Position numbers and translations under genes: made by a program. A DNA stretch of 64,000 bases, taken from a virus. Of this stretch, positions 63,840 to 64,000 are shown piece by piece (position 1 is the stretch's first letter; each line of letters starts with the position of its first letter). Below the pieces are notes generated by a model. The model did not search any database. It was not told the DNA's origin and was given only the letters and a program-made list of their open reading frames with translations. The DNA is taken from IMG/VR virus record IMGVR_UViG_3300001796_000002, one strand, 5' to 3'.

Positions 63840-64000
63840 ATGAAAAGAACAATTTTATTGACAGCATTAGCAAGCGTTTCACTGGCCACAATCGCACAAA
63901 AAGTAGAGCCTGTAAAATCTGCACCAGCAACGGCTGTACAGGCTGCAAAAACCAACACAACAGATACTTTGGTGATCGAGAAAGTGAAGTTTATCAAAAT
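63840..64000 (+). CDS. Secreted hypothetical protein (copy 4, truncated by the window end)
   Basis: 5' part of the copy of 5460..5843. Confidence 0.65.
   Translation, partial: MKRTILLTALASVSLATIAQKVEPVKSAPATAVQAAKTNTTDTLVIEKVKFIK

Larger units (their letters stand above)
1..64000. repeat. Head-to-tail tandem repeat, unit 19,460 bp, about 3.29 copies
   Basis: ctacagccgcagcttt at position 1 recurs at 19461, 38921 and 58381. Every ORF recurs at +19460 with an identical translation. Confidence 0.99.
58381..64000. mobile_element. Phage genome unit, copy 4 (partial)
   Basis: First 5,620 bp of the unit at +58380. Confidence 0.85.

Noticed and set aside
19461-64000. Copies 2-4 as diverged paralogous prophages
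   Set aside because: Translations are identical and the spot-checked DNA matches; I found no divergence.

Overview
The window is about 3.29 head-to-tail copies of one 19,460-bp unit (1-19460, 19461-38920, 38921-58380, partial 58381-64000). All ORF translations are identical between copies and no host flank is visible. The unit reads as a complete circular genome of a temperate virus, probably infecting Bacteroidota (A-rich starts without Shine-Dalgarno sites, DUF4248-like and VapE-type genes). It has a lysogeny module: tyrosine integrase, an attP-like core matching a tmRNA 3' end, an XRE repressor and two Cro-like paralogs. The early/replication module has a VapE-family helicase, ASCH, HNH, a frameshifted Dam-like methyltransferase and an origin-like TACTACA repeat cluster. 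The late module has an FtsK/HerA/A32-type packaging ATPase, a 216-aa candidate major capsid protein, many single-pass membrane proteins, a lysozyme-family enzyme, and a 1014-aa fibre/spike with an S74-type chaperone and an N-terminal signal peptide. I found no terminase, portal, HK97 capsid, tail tube or tape-measure gene, so this looks like a tail-less, probably membrane-containing virus. All family calls come from motif recognition by eye, not database searches. Features are described on copy 1, and key genes are repeated for the other copies.
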